Origin: a virus
Virus record (IMG/VR): IMGVR_UViG_3300035670_011224
Span: 88,430 to 152,429 of that record
Length of the DNA: 64,000 bases
Direction: 5' to 3' (one strand)
Shown one piece after another: positions 19,858 through 29,875 of the stretch. The position numbers and the translations under genes are program-made. Within the stretch, counting starts at the first letter, position 1. Every line of letters begins with the position of its first letter. Below the pieces are notes generated by a model that was given only the letters and a program-made list of their open reading frames with translations, was not told the DNA's origin and did not search any database.

Positions 19858-20498
19858 ATTATGATCCAATTTTTTTTCAAAATAAAATTGCTATGATTTT
19901 TAGATATAAAATTTTTATGATATACTAATTTGGTTTTTTTAGATGTTTCTATTCTATCTATTAGATGTATATAAGAAGAATTAATACAATGTATTTCTGT
20001 TGCATTCTGTATAAGATCTATATTATCAAAAAAATTACCATTATTACTATAAATTTTTTGTAAAGTATGATCTATTTTTGTATAATCAAGCCTATCTATG
20101 CCATCCGAGCCCATATGACATAGAAAACCATAAGGTTCATTTGGTACAGGATTTTGCGATTTCGGTTTGTTTATGAAAAAATTATTCCAAGATAATTCGT
20201 ATGAAAGACCAATTTGATAATAAAATACTTCGTCCCACATCAAATTTGAAGGAAAATTGGAATTTAATGATATTCCTAATCTAATATAGTTTGAATTTTG
20301 TAATCCAATATCGGTGGCCTCATTATCATTCTCTACACACAATATTTGTATATTAGAATTATTTTTATACATATAAGATACGTTTTGATAATTCTTATGT
20401 TTACAAAATAGTTTTATATTTTCTTTTGCTGCAATGGTTCTTATTAGTCCGTTGCATATAATATGATCTCCTAATCCTAGATGGTGATGAATTATCAT
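19854..20498 (-). CDS. GT9/GT-B-like glycosyltransferase
   Basis: HHLGLGDHII; IQNATEIHCINSSYIHL resembles the GT9 DSGxxH region. Confidence 0.6.
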   Translation of the reverse strand: MIIHHHLGLGDHIICNGLIRTIAAKENIKLFCKHKNYQNVSYMYKNNSNIQILCVENDNEATDIGLQNSNYIRLGISLNSNFPSNLMWDEVFYYQIGLSYELSWNNFFINKPKSQNPVPNEPYGFLCHMGSDGIDRLDYTKIDHTLQKIYSNNGNFFDNIDLIQNATEIHCINSSYIHLIDRIETSKKTKLVYHKNFISKNHSNFILKKNWIII

Positions 20499-21277
20499 AT
20501 TTTATTTTTGATATTTTCTAGAATATTCTTTGCTTCATTTGGGTCTTTGCATCCATGAAAACAATAAAATTTAACAGGGCAATTCAACTTTAAATACGAT
20601 TCGTAGAGTTCAAAGCTGTTGTCTATATTATTAGATATATAATCTTTATATATAGTGCTGTTTGGAAAAAAATTATATCCTAGATCATAATTAACTTGGT
20701 ATTTAGCCAATAAGCAGTTGAGTATTCCTTCGTCTTCTATGTATGGGATAGAATTATTCTTATGGAATAGATCAATAGAATCTATGATTTCTTGTATGAA
20801 AGATTTATGATTTTTTATCACTAACCCACAAGCATATACATACTTCATGCTGGGCTGATTGGATGTAAACATATCAAGCATGTTTTTTAAATGATATTTA
20901 TGTATAGGATTTTCAAAAGGATTGTGTGGATGTTTTGCAAATAGTGGGAACTGACATGAAGCTATACGATTAACATTTTCATAGAATAATTTGTCTACTT
21001 CTGGTAGAGCAATCATATCTGCGTCTAACATTACTGTTAAGTCATAAGTACTATCTAATAGTGTTAACCATTTGTATTTATAAAGATGGCTGTTTGTTAT
21101 GATTCCAGTTTCTCTAATTTTTTTAGAAATAACTTGAGTGTTTTTAAAATCATAATCAAAATTTATACAGTTAACAGTTATCGGATATTCGCTAAACGAG
21201 CAGATAGAGTCTATTAGAATCTCAACTAGCGGCAGCCAATTCCTGGTGCAAAAAGTGTTGAACCCAAAATTGTTCAT
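20495..21277 (-). CDS. GT8-like (GT-A) glycosyltransferase
   Basis: YKYKW, MLDADMI (DxD), EDEGILN, FHG. Confidence 0.7.
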   Translation of the reverse strand: MNNFGFNTFCTRNWLPLVEILIDSICSFSEYPITVNCINFDYDFKNTQVISKKIRETGIITNSHLYKYKWLTLLDSTYDLTVMLDADMIALPEVDKLFYENVNRIASCQFPLFAKHPHNPFENPIHKYHLKNMLDMFTSNQPSMKYVYACGLVIKNHKSFIQEIIDSIDLFHKNNSIPYIEDEGILNCLLAKYQVNYDLGYNFFPNSTIYKDYISNNIDNSFELYESYLKLNCPVKFYCFHGCKDPNEAKNILENIKNKI

Positions 21278-21924
21278 GATGTTATGTATTTCTGGTATTC
21301 TGGATGTCTATTATTGAACTCATCAAATACGTCTCCAACAAATTCTGTATTTTGTCTTGCTGTTGGAAATGGTTGTTTATCAAAAAATTCATCATGTACT
21401 AATTTATCATCACCTATTAAAGGATACAATTCTTCTGTAAAAAATTTATAATCAGTACCATAGTTATTTGTTTTATTGAAAGATTCTAATAATATTTGCA
21501 TAGGATATTTATTGTTATTTTTATATCCCCACATACCTCCAAGAATAGGAAATTTGTGATATGGATGATCTCTCATAATATGAAAGGTTTTATTAGACTG
21601 TAACCATTCATCTACTGCATATTTTTCTCTTAGCGACAATCTACTATCGGTATCTCTAAAAATACTTACATTCACATCAATATCATACGATGCTTCGAAT
21701 CTCCAAAACATACTTCTCCAATCACCTTTGATGTTTTTTTTAATAATTTGTGTATTGGAAAAAGATTCTAGTTTTTGTATTGTTTCAATTGGAACTTCCG
21801 AATCTATATAAAATCTACACACCCAATCAGAGTATATATCTTTAGCAAGTTCTGCATTTTTTATACTACCAAAAGTATATTTTGGATTATTGCCCCAAAG
21901 ACTAAAGCTAATAATTTTATTCAT
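21274..21924 (-). CDS. Putative GT-A glycosyltransferase of the viral 'SFSLWG' type
   Basis: IISFSLWGNNPKY, MFWRF, RDTDSR, MRDHPYH, ILGGMWG. Confidence 0.65.
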   Translation of the reverse strand: MNKIISFSLWGNNPKYTFGSIKNAELAKDIYSDWVCRFYIDSEVPIETIQKLESFSNTQIIKKNIKGDWRSMFWRFEASYDIDVNVSIFRDTDSRLSLREKYAVDEWLQSNKTFHIMRDHPYHKFPILGGMWGYKNNNKYPMQILLESFNKTNNYGTDYKFFTEELYPLIGDDKLVHDEFFDKQPFPTARQNTEFVGDVFDEFNNRHPEYQKYITS

Positions 21925-22484
21925 TTTACTGGATTATATACAGTAACAAAAAATTTGCCCCATATATCGTTAATTAGTTCGCTTATAAAGTTCCAATTAC
22001 CACCAGCTAGTCCACTACCGAATTTAGGACAATGAATTTCTATTTTTTCATTTTTGTTTACGAAACCAGTATTCATATGAATATATTGAGAAACCTTATA
22101 CATGCTTTGTCCAAGAGCAAAATAATTCAATGGTCTGCTATTGTTGAAGTTCTTAACACCATTTTGAGCAATCATATTAACAAAAATTAATTTATGTCTA
22201 TATTGAGGTTCCTCATAAACTTTTATAATTTGAGAATAACCTAGATTAGCAGATAAAAAGTTTCTACCAAGAAGATGATAGTCGGCCTTGACTACCGGAT
22301 ATTTTTGACCAACTTGGTATGCGAATCCAGCATCAAATAGGTCGATATTATTACATACATGAGGAACAAAAACTGTTGCTCCATTTTCTTTTGAATGAAC
22401 TCTTTGTTCGATTATGTCGAATATATTTTTATTTGAAAGAACATATGGTTCTTTTTTTAGCACTTTTTGATTAGGCATTTTCAT
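21921..22484 (-). CDS. Macro-domain protein (Poa1p/DarG/TARG1-like ADP-ribose hydrolase)
   Basis: HVCNNIDLFDAGFA, FVNMIAQ, PKFGSGLAGGNW. Confidence 0.85.
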   Translation of the reverse strand: MKMPNQKVLKKEPYVLSNKNIFDIIEQRVHSKENGATVFVPHVCNNIDLFDAGFAYQVGQKYPVVKADYHLLGRNFLSANLGYSQIIKVYEEPQYRHKLIFVNMIAQNGVKNFNNSRPLNYFALGQSMYKVSQYIHMNTGFVNKNEKIEIHCPKFGSGLAGGNWNFISELINDIWGKFFVTVYNPVK

Positions 22485-22713
22485 TATCCTTTTTTCTTTC
22501 TTTTATCGCTAGTATATTACTATCTTTGTCAAAAGTAAAAAGATCAATAGGATCTATTATTTCTTCCGGGCTTAACCATCTTCCATGTCCGGTTCTGAGA
22601 TTAATACAAAGTTTTTTACCGTCTTTTTTAAAGTCGCTAGTTGTTATAAAGTATTCATTACCTATAACAAAACATTCTCCTGTTGATATTTCCTCTAAAT
22701 ATTTCATGATCAA
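22471..22713 (-). CDS. Hypothetical protein
   Basis: 80 aa; overlaps both neighbours. Confidence 0.6.
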   Translation of the reverse strand: MIMKYLEEISTGECFVIGNEYFITTSDFKKDGKKLCINLRTGHGRWLSPEEIIDPIDLFTFDKDSNILAIKERKKDNENA

Positions 22714-22913
22714 TGATTATAATATCTGTCCCAATCTTCCCATTCTTCTTCCTGATAACTTTCTTTTATTTTTTTTAGTTCTTTTTTTGATATATTTTTT
22801 CTTTTGTTTATATCATCTTCCTCAAAATAATTATCACCATTTTGGTGTTTTTTCTTAAATTTTTCTCGTCTTTTTTCTTTTTCGTTTGAAAAATCGTTAT
22901 CGAAGTTATTCAT
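22710..22913 (-). CDS. Small charged hypothetical protein
   Basis: Start more likely ATG 22913 (MNNFDND...), downstream of a promoter motif. Confidence 0.6.
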   Translation of the reverse strand: MNNFDNDFSNEKEKRREKFKKKHQNGDNYFEEDDINKRKNISKKELKKIKESYQEEEWEDWDRYYNH

Positions 22914-22945
22914 AGTATTGTTTGTTTGACCGCTTGAACAGATGT

Positions 22946-22973
22946 ATAATACACCCAATCTCTGGTTTGTCAA
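22946..22973 (-). promoter_or_regulatory. Leftward promoter TTGACA-16-TATTAT containing the GGTGTAT motif
   Basis: TTGACAAACCAGAGATTGGGTGTATTAT. Confidence 0.55.
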
Positions 22974-22996
22974 CACTAAAATTAGCATTTCGTGTC

Positions 22997-23024
22997 TTGA
23001 CAAAGATTCACATAGTACTATTAT
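22997..23024 (+). promoter_or_regulatory. Rightward sigma-70-like promoter for the + strand glycosylation cassette
   Basis: TTGACA-aagattcacatagtac(16)-TATTAT, back to back with the leftward promoter. Confidence 0.5.
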
Positions 23025-23065
23025 TGGTGCAGCTGGGTGGTATTATATTTCTTAGGTCTACAATA

Positions 23066-24721
23066 GTGATAAATTCTACTATAGTAACTGGTATATGGGA
23101 TCTTAGTAGAGATTCTTTGTCTGAAGGATGGGGTAGAAATTATCAGCATTATATTGATAATTTTTCTAAATTATTATCTTCTTTACCAGATGACACACCT
23201 TTGATGGTTTTTGGAGATCAAGAATTAGAAGATCTTGTCTTTAGGCATAGAAATAAAGAAAATACAAGATTCTATATACATAAAAAAGTTGATTTTGATG
23301 GAAATTTCTTTCCTTTTTTTAAACAAGTACAGCAAATAAGACAAAGCGATAATTGGTTAAATCAAGTTGGATGGTTAAGAGATAGTACTCAAGCAAAACT
23401 AGATTACTATAACCCTATGGTAATGAGCAAAATGTTTCTTTTGCATAATGCCAAGATATTTAATCCATTTAGTACAGAGTATATATTTTGGTTGGATGGT
23501 GGAATAACTAATACTGTTCATCCTGGATATTTTAGCCATGATAAAGTTCTAAATAAATTAGAGCATATTGTTAAAAAATTTCTATTCATATGTTTTCCAT
23601 ATGAAACCACAACAGAAATTCATGGGTTCGATATCGATCAAATGAATCAAATTTGTGATGCTAGTGTTAACAGGGTAGCTAGGGGCGGATTTTTTGGTGG
23701 TCATATAGACTATATTTCTCAAGCTAGCAGTCTATACTATAGTTTATTGAGTCAAACTTTGAATAATAATCTTATGGGAACTGAAGAGAGTATATTTACA
23801 ATAATGACCTATAAAGATCCAGACACTTATACTTATGAACCTATTGAGTCAAATGGATTAATAAATACATTTTTTGAAAAACTTAAAAATAGCCAAACAT
23901 TAATAGAAACTAAAGTTCAAAGTACCAGAAAACCTTTTAAAAATAATGATACGGTTTTATATATTAATGCTTTTAATTCTCCAGACCAATTACAAATGGT
24001 ATTAGATAGTTTTGAAAAATATGATAATAATTTTATTAAACAAACTAGTAAAATATTATTAAATAATTCGACTAAAGAAGAATTATTACCTATATATGAT
24101 ATAATATGCGATAAATATAATTTTAAAGAACATCTAAAATATGGAAATAAAGGAGTTTGTGGATCTCGACAGTTTGCAGCGGAACATTTTTCCGATTCTG
24201 GATCCAGATATATGATATTTTTTGAAGATGATATGCTTTTAGATTTTAATGGATTTTGTAATTTTGGTTTTAATAAAAATATTCATAATTTATTTAATCG
24301 CATTGTTAAAATAATGAAAAATGAAGAATATGATTTTCTTAAATTTACTTTTAGTGAATTCTATGGCCATAATGGAGAACAATGGAGTTGGCATAATGTT
24401 CCTGGAGAAAAAAGATTAAAATATTTTGGTCGTACTCAAAAAAAACCAAACACAAAATTCTCTTGCATAAAATCTATAGATGGTCTTCCTTATGCCGAGG
24501 GAGAGGTTTACTACAGTAATTGGCCTCATATTATAGATCAAGAAGGTAATCAAAAGTGTTTTCTTGATACAAAATGGGATCATCCTTTCGAGCAAACATG
24601 GATGAGTCACATATACACTTTAACAATCGAGAATAAAGTAAAACCAGCAATTCTATTAGCTAGTCCAATAACACATAATAGAGTCCATTTTTATGAATCA
24701 AATGAAAGAAGAGAAAATTGA
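23066..24721 (+). CDS. HtrL/YibB(WlaTC)-like domain fused to a GT-A glycosyltransferase domain
   Basis: TIVTGIWDL, SKMFLL..A..NPF, FWLDGG, GGFFGG, GTEESI; second domain GVCGSRQ...FFEDD. Start probably GTG 23066, since the longer ORF crosses the promoters. Confidence 0.75.
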   Translation: MINSTIVTGIWDLSRDSLSEGWGRNYQHYIDNFSKLLSSLPDDTPLMVFGDQELEDLVFRHRNKENTRFYIHKKVDFDGNFFPFFKQVQQIRQSDNWLNQVGWLRDSTQAKLDYYNPMVMSKMFLLHNAKIFNPFSTEYIFWLDGGITNTVHPGYFSHDKVLNKLEHIVKKFLFICFPYETTTEIHGFDIDQMNQICDASVNRVARGGFFGGHIDYISQASSLYYSLLSQTLNNNLMGTEESIFTIMTYKDPDTYTYEPIESNGLINTFFEKLKNSQTLIETKVQSTRKPFKNNDTVLYINAFNSPDQLQMVLDSFEKYDNNFIKQTSKILLNNSTKEELLPIYDIICDKYNFKEHLKYGNKGVCGSRQFAAEHFSDSGSRYMIFFEDDMLLDFNGFCNFGFNKNIHNLFNRIVKIMKNEEYDFLKFTFSEFYGHNGEQWSWHNVPGEKRLKYFGRTQKKPNTKFSCIKSIDGLPYAEGEVYYSNWPHIIDQEGNQKCFLDTKWDHPFEQTWMSHIYTLTIENKVKPAILLASPITHNRVHFYESNERREN

Positions 24722-25368
24722 TAAATAACGAAGAACTAATTAATATATTTACAAAAAATAAGTCTGTTACTTATTTTAATAAAAAATCTTCTGATAATGA
24801 TCTTTTTCCATATTTAAATTATTGTTTAGATCATTCTTTAAAATCAAAAGACTATTTATTTATGGAATTAGGAGTGTTCACAGGAAATACATTTAGTTGT
24901 ATAAGATCCTCACTACCAGAAGATATTAATCTATATGGTTTTGATACATTTACTGGACTACCAGAGGACTGGATGATAAATGAAAAAGATGTTCTATATG
25001 CAAAAGGTACATTTGCTCTAGACTATATTCCGCATAGCACCCATAATACAGAATTTATAGTTGGAAATATAGAAAATACAATGACTCCATTTCTTCAAAA
25101 ACATGACAAAAAAATTTCTTTTGTACATTTTGATATGGATCTATATAATCCAACATTTTTTGCTTTAAAAGAAATGCATAATTATTTTTTAAATGGTACT
25201 GTTTTAGTATTTGATGATTTTTACAATTTACCTGGATGGGAAAATTATTCATTTAAAGCACTTTTAGACTATGTTAATTTTTATAATGTTGAATTCGAAC
25301 CATTATCAACAGTAGGCTGGTACGACGGATGGGCTTCTGCTGCTATTAAAATAATAAATAGGATATAA
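24718..25368 (+). CDS. TylF/MycF-like sugar O-methyltransferase
   Basis: MELGVFTG, YGFDTFTGLPEDW, VHFDMDLY, LVFDDF. Confidence 0.85.
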   Translation: MINNEELINIFTKNKSVTYFNKKSSDNDLFPYLNYCLDHSLKSKDYLFMELGVFTGNTFSCIRSSLPEDINLYGFDTFTGLPEDWMINEKDVLYAKGTFALDYIPHSTHNTEFIVGNIENTMTPFLQKHDKKISFVHFDMDLYNPTFFALKEMHNYFLNGTVLVFDDFYNLPGWENYSFKALLDYVNFYNVEFEPLSTVGWYDGWASAAIKIINRI

Positions 25369-25369
25369 T

Positions 25370-26644
25370 ATGAAAAAGACAAAATTAAAAAACAATACTA
25401 TATTTATACAAATAGCCTCTTATAGGGATCCTCAATTATTACCGACCCTTAAAGATATGCTAGAAAAAGCTAAGTATGCAGAAAATCTAAGAATAGGAAT
25501 ATGTTGGCAACACTCTTCTCAAGATGAATGGGATAAACTAGATGATTATAAAAATGATTCTAGATTTAGAATTATCGATGTTCCACACACGGATAGTCAA
25601 GGTGTATGTTGGGCAAGAAATAAGGTTCAATCCCTGTACCAAAACGAAAAATATACTTTACAACTCGATAGTCACCATAGATTTGTACAAAATTGGGATT
25701 CTGAACTAATAGATATGCTAAAAAATCTTCAGAAAAAAGGACATAAAAAACCACTAATAACTTCTTATATTCCCAGTTTCGATCCTGACAATGATCCAGC
25801 AGCAAGAGTAAACGAACCTTGGAAAATGAATTTTGACAGATTTATACCAGAGGGAGCAGTATTCTTTCTTCCTGCTTCATTTGATAGTTCAGAAGATAAA
25901 ACTAGTCCATTACCAGGTAGATTTTATAGTGCTCATTTTGCTTTTACAGTAGGAGATTTTTGTAAAGAAGTTCCTCATGATCCCAATTACTATTTTCATG
26001 GAGAAGAAATCAGTATCGCTGTTAGAGCATTTACGCACGGATACGATATTTTTCATCCTCATAAAGTACTTGTTTGGCACGAATATACAAGAAAAGGCAG
26101 AACCAAACAGTGGGACGATGATAAAATTTGGGGAGACAGAAATAGCAAGAGTCATCTAAGAAATAGAAAACTTTTTGAAATGGATGGAGAAAAAAGAGAT
26201 ATTGATTTTGGTCCTTATGGTTTTGGAAATGTAAGATCATTAAAAGATTATGAGTTGTATTCTGGTCTATGTTTTTCAAGAAGAGCAATTACAAAAAGAG
26301 TACAAGAACATAAACCACCACCAGATCCTGAAACAACTGATTTGGACTATGACTCTTTTCAATCTCATTTAATGAGTATATTTAAACATTGTATAGATAT
26401 TCAATATGGACAAGTACCCGAGAACGATTATGATTTTTGGGCAGTCGCTTTTAAGAACGACAAGGGAGAAGACCTTTATAGAAAAGATGCAGATAAAGAA
26501 GAAATAGATAGAGTAAAAAACGATCCTGATGGATACTGTAAAATATGGAGAGAATTTCAAACTAATATTAAGCCTGTTAGCTGGATAGTTTGGCCGCATA
26601 GCATTAGTAAGGGCTGGGCTGATCCTATAATAGGATATCTATGA
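25370..26644 (+). CDS. GT60-family GlcNAc-transferase (Gnt1/Gnt2-like; hydroxyproline or Ser/Thr acceptor)
   Basis: IFIQIASYRDPQL, GVCWAR, LQLDSHHRF..WD, VPHDP..YFHGEEI...RAFTHGYDIFHP. Confidence 0.85.
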   Translation: MKKTKLKNNTIFIQIASYRDPQLLPTLKDMLEKAKYAENLRIGICWQHSSQDEWDKLDDYKNDSRFRIIDVPHTDSQGVCWARNKVQSLYQNEKYTLQLDSHHRFVQNWDSELIDMLKNLQKKGHKKPLITSYIPSFDPDNDPAARVNEPWKMNFDRFIPEGAVFFLPASFDSSEDKTSPLPGRFYSAHFAFTVGDFCKEVPHDPNYYFHGEEISIAVRAFTHGYDIFHPHKVLVWHEYTRKGRTKQWDDDKIWGDRNSKSHLRNRKLFEMDGEKRDIDFGPYGFGNVRSLKDYELYSGLCFSRRAITKRVQEHKPPPDPETTDLDYDSFQSHLMSIFKHCIDIQYGQVPENDYDFWAVAFKNDKGEDLYRKDADKEEIDRVKNDPDGYCKIWREFQTNIKPVSWIVWPHSISKGWADPIIGYL

Positions 26645-27486
26645 TTAATTTAATATGGCAAACAAAAGATGGCGATGAAACACAATTTGAATACCAGTAT
26701 ATTACAGAATATATATTTAAAGATATACAATATAATAAATATTTTGATAATAAATCTTATTCTACTGTATTAGATAATTCTGTTATTATATATTCTAATA
26801 ATACAAATATAATAGAAAAAAATTTTAATGATTATCTATCAAGATTTGATTCATTAAAATTCAGATATTATCTTTTACATCTCTCCAACGAAAATTTAAA
26901 CCATGAAGCAGAGTATTACTCCAAAGCTCATAGAGTTTATCGTCAATATTATGACTCTACTCTTAATAAAGACAACGTAGTTTTTATACCACTAGGATTT
27001 AAATCGGGTTATTTAAATAAAAATATTAATAATAGTTTTGTTAAACTTTATGATTTTATTTTTGTTGGACAAATTAAATCTGACAGAGAAGAACTTTGTA
27101 ATATACTAAAAAATTATAAATCTTTTATTCATAATACGTATTCATGGAATTGTATATCTTCATTATCACCAGATAATTGTTCAAAAGTTTACTCTGAAAC
27201 AAAATTTGCTCCTTGTCCAATGGGATGGGTAAATCCTGACTCTTTCAGAATTATGGAATCTTTAGAACATAATTGTATTCCAATACTTAAATCTTATTAC
27301 AATAATTTTGATTATCATACAAAAGTTTGGGGAGATACTCCTATTCCACGAGTAGAATCATGGCAAGAACTAGAAAAATTTAATAAACTTTCTGATATAG
27401 AATATCAAAAGTTACATAAGTCTGTTTTTGATTGGTACACAGAGTACAAAAGTAACTTTAGCAAACTAATAAAATCAACATTATGA
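26641..27486 (+). CDS. Exostosin/GT47-like glycosyltransferase
   Basis: IPLGF, FIFVG, KFAPCPMGWVNPDSFRIMESLEHNCIP. Confidence 0.7.
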   Translation: MINLIWQTKDGDETQFEYQYITEYIFKDIQYNKYFDNKSYSTVLDNSVIIYSNNTNIIEKNFNDYLSRFDSLKFRYYLLHLSNENLNHEAEYYSKAHRVYRQYYDSTLNKDNVVFIPLGFKSGYLNKNINNSFVKLYDFIFVGQIKSDREELCNILKNYKSFIHNTYSWNCISSLSPDNCSKVYSETKFAPCPMGWVNPDSFRIMESLEHNCIPILKSYYNNFDYHTKVWGDTPIPRVESWQELEKFNKLSDIEYQKLHKSVFDWYTEYKSNFSKLIKSTL

Positions 27487-28241
27487 ATAAAAATTATAGT
27501 TTTGATATAGGAATTACCACATTTAGTTTAAGACTAGATATGCTTAAAAATCTAATAAAAGATATAAGATCTTTTACTGATAATAATATTCTTTTATGCG
27601 TTAATGGAGAAAAATATGGTAATTTCGACGATATGTATAGAAATTCAATATTAGATTTATCAAAAACATATAAAAATATTTTTCCTATTTTTTTTATAGA
27701 CCTAAGAGGTTTAGCAAAAATGTGGAATACAATCATAGTTCACGCTCTAAAAGACAATATTTTATTATTAAATGATGATATAATTATACAAAGCAGCAAT
27801 ATATTCGAAGTCGTAGAACAACATATCTCTGATAAAGAGTATAATGGACTTAGCATAATAAATGAAACTTTTTCATTTTTTGTAGTTAATAAATATTTTA
27901 TTCATGATCTAGGTTATTTCGATGAAAGACTTCTTGGTTTCGGAGAAGAAGATGGAGATATCAAGTATAGAATCAAACAAAAATATAATAAAAATATTGG
28001 TAAAATAAATTGTTCTGGTATAAATAATATTATTTCTGATATTAGGCATCCTGGTGTAAAAAACGGTATTGGTAAATATTCTTTATTTAATAGAACCTAT
28101 ATATTTAATGAAAAATATAATTGTAATGGAAATATTTATTATTTTCCAGATAATATAGAGTGTGAGAAAAAAATAGAAGATTATAACTGTTATCCATATG
28201 AAAATTTTTATCTAACAAACAAACATAAATTATTTGAATGA
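27483..28241 (+). CDS. GT2-family glycosyltransferase
   Basis: GLAKMWN, LLNDDI, GYFDERLLGFGEEDGD. Confidence 0.85.
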   Translation: MNKNYSFDIGITTFSLRLDMLKNLIKDIRSFTDNNILLCVNGEKYGNFDDMYRNSILDLSKTYKNIFPIFFIDLRGLAKMWNTIIVHALKDNILLLNDDIIIQSSNIFEVVEQHISDKEYNGLSIINETFSFFVVNKYFIHDLGYFDERLLGFGEEDGDIKYRIKQKYNKNIGKINCSGINNIISDIRHPGVKNGIGKYSLFNRTYIFNEKYNCNGNIYYFPDNIECEKKIEDYNCYPYENFYLTNKHKLFE

Positions 28242-28974
28242 TAATATGTCTAAAAAAATATCTTTAAATATGAAATTTTGGCATGATGGTCAACCTAATT
28301 CTACTAGACTAAGGAATGTTATATATTGTTGGAATGAACTAAAAAAATTATCAAGATTTTTATTAGAAAATAATATAGATATTAAAACAAATATTTATGA
28401 TTTTTCAGAACATAAAATTCTAGAAGAAGCTATTCATATTTCATATCCTGTTGGAGAATATAAAAAATCTGAAAAAACTAATATTATTCTAAAAGATGAG
28501 TCTGCTTCTGATTTTTTTATGATGTTTGATAGTGATGCTTTTTTTGACGTAAAGGACTATCAAAAATTATTAAATCTAATAGAATCATTAGAGCCTGGAG
28601 ATGTTATTACTTTTGATTTAGGTAGATTGGATACTAATATAGAAAATTATTTAGTAAATAATATTTTTTATCCTGATAAAGCTGATTGGAATTTTGCTTA
28701 TTCTGGTGAAAAAATTCATGGACCTTTAGGAAGAGGCCACATAGGAGGTCTTGGTGGAGTATATTTATGTGACACTAAGCTTTTGCTAAGTCTTGGTGGA
28801 TTTGATGAAAAATATATAGGATGGGGAGGAGAAGATGGCGATATGTTAGGAAGAATTATGTATAGTAATATTCCTCATAAAATAAAACCAGAAAGAAATT
28901 TTTTTCCTTTTCATTTGCCTCATTTTATTGATTATGGTAATCCTAAATTTAGTAAAAGATTTGCTGATGAATAA
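28234..28974 (+). CDS. GT2/GT7 (galactosyltransferase-like) glycosyltransferase
   Basis: FDSD; GGFDEKYIGWGGEDGD; FHLPH. Confidence 0.8.
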   Translation: MNDNMSKKISLNMKFWHDGQPNSTRLRNVIYCWNELKKLSRFLLENNIDIKTNIYDFSEHKILEEAIHISYPVGEYKKSEKTNIILKDESASDFFMMFDSDAFFDVKDYQKLLNLIESLEPGDVITFDLGRLDTNIENYLVNNIFYPDKADWNFAYSGEKIHGPLGRGHIGGLGGVYLCDTKLLLSLGGFDEKYIGWGGEDGDMLGRIMYSNIPHKIKPERNFFPFHLPHFIDYGNPKFSKRFADE

Positions 28975-29875
28975 AAAAGTACAAATAGAATGCTGGTGGG
29001 CATCTTCAAAAGATATAACACAAAGAACACTCGATCAGTTCTCTTTTAATAACAATACTTCTGATATAGATTTTGTTACAGATAATAACTATGATTGGCT
29101 TGTTGTATGTGGAAAATTACCTCAAAATTTTAATTCTACAAATATAAATAAATCTAGAACTATCTTTTTTGTTATGGAACCAAGTTGGTCACCAAATACA
29201 GATAAGGATGCGGCCAACTATAGCAAATATATTTGTACACATAATAAAAATATTTTTAACGATAAAAGTGCTATATTTTTTGAAGAACCTAATTATATGT
29301 TTTATGGAGGAAGAGGAGATAGCGGATGGAATATTGATACAATCACTAAATCAATATTTAATAAAACCAAAAATATTAGTTGTATTGTGACAAAAAGAGG
29401 TAATAGTTGGGGAACAAAAAATATTTACGATGAAAGGGTTGCTTTAGCTGATCTACTAAGTATAGATGATCATATAGATATCTATGGTACTTTTTGGCCA
29501 AACAATGGTAAAAATATCCACGGAGAAATATGGAATAAATTTGTAGCTTTAAACGATTATATGTTTTCTATTGGTATAGAAAATACATCAGAAAATAATT
29601 ATATTACAGAAAAATTTTATGATTGCATATTAACAGACACAATACCAATATATTTTGGGGCTCCAAATATTTCTGACTACTTCGATATGAATGGTATGGT
29701 ATATTTAGATAACATATTCGATACTAATAGATGTGCAACTAAAATCAATAATATTTATGAAAATATTTATAATGAATATAATTCTAAAATAGAATCATGT
29801 AAAAAAAATAAACTTACTTTTTTAACAAATCATAATATCATAAATAAAATTAAAGAAATAATTTATAATGAGTAA
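28967..29875 (+). CDS. GT10 alpha-1,3/4-fucosyltransferase-like protein
   Basis: MEP; YMFSIGIENTSENNYITEKFYDCILTDTIPIYFGAPN (GT10 motif). Start likely ATG 28967. Confidence 0.88.
   Translation: MNKKVQIECWWASSKDITQRTLDQFSFNNNTSDIDFVTDNNYDWLVVCGKLPQNFNSTNINKSRTIFFVMEPSWSPNTDKDAANYSKYICTHNKNIFNDKSAIFFEEPNYMFYGGRGDSGWNIDTITKSIFNKTKNISCIVTKRGNSWGTKNIYDERVALADLLSIDDHIDIYGTFWPNNGKNIHGEIWNKFVALNDYMFSIGIENTSENNYITEKFYDCILTDTIPIYFGAPNISDYFDMNGMVYLDNIFDTNRCATKINNIYENIYNEYNSKIESCKKNKLTFLTNHNIINKIKEIIYNE

Noticed and set aside
22922-23065. N-terminal extensions of ORFs 22922..24721 and 22710..23003
   Set aside because: They cross the divergent promoter region; downstream starts (23066, 22913) fit better.
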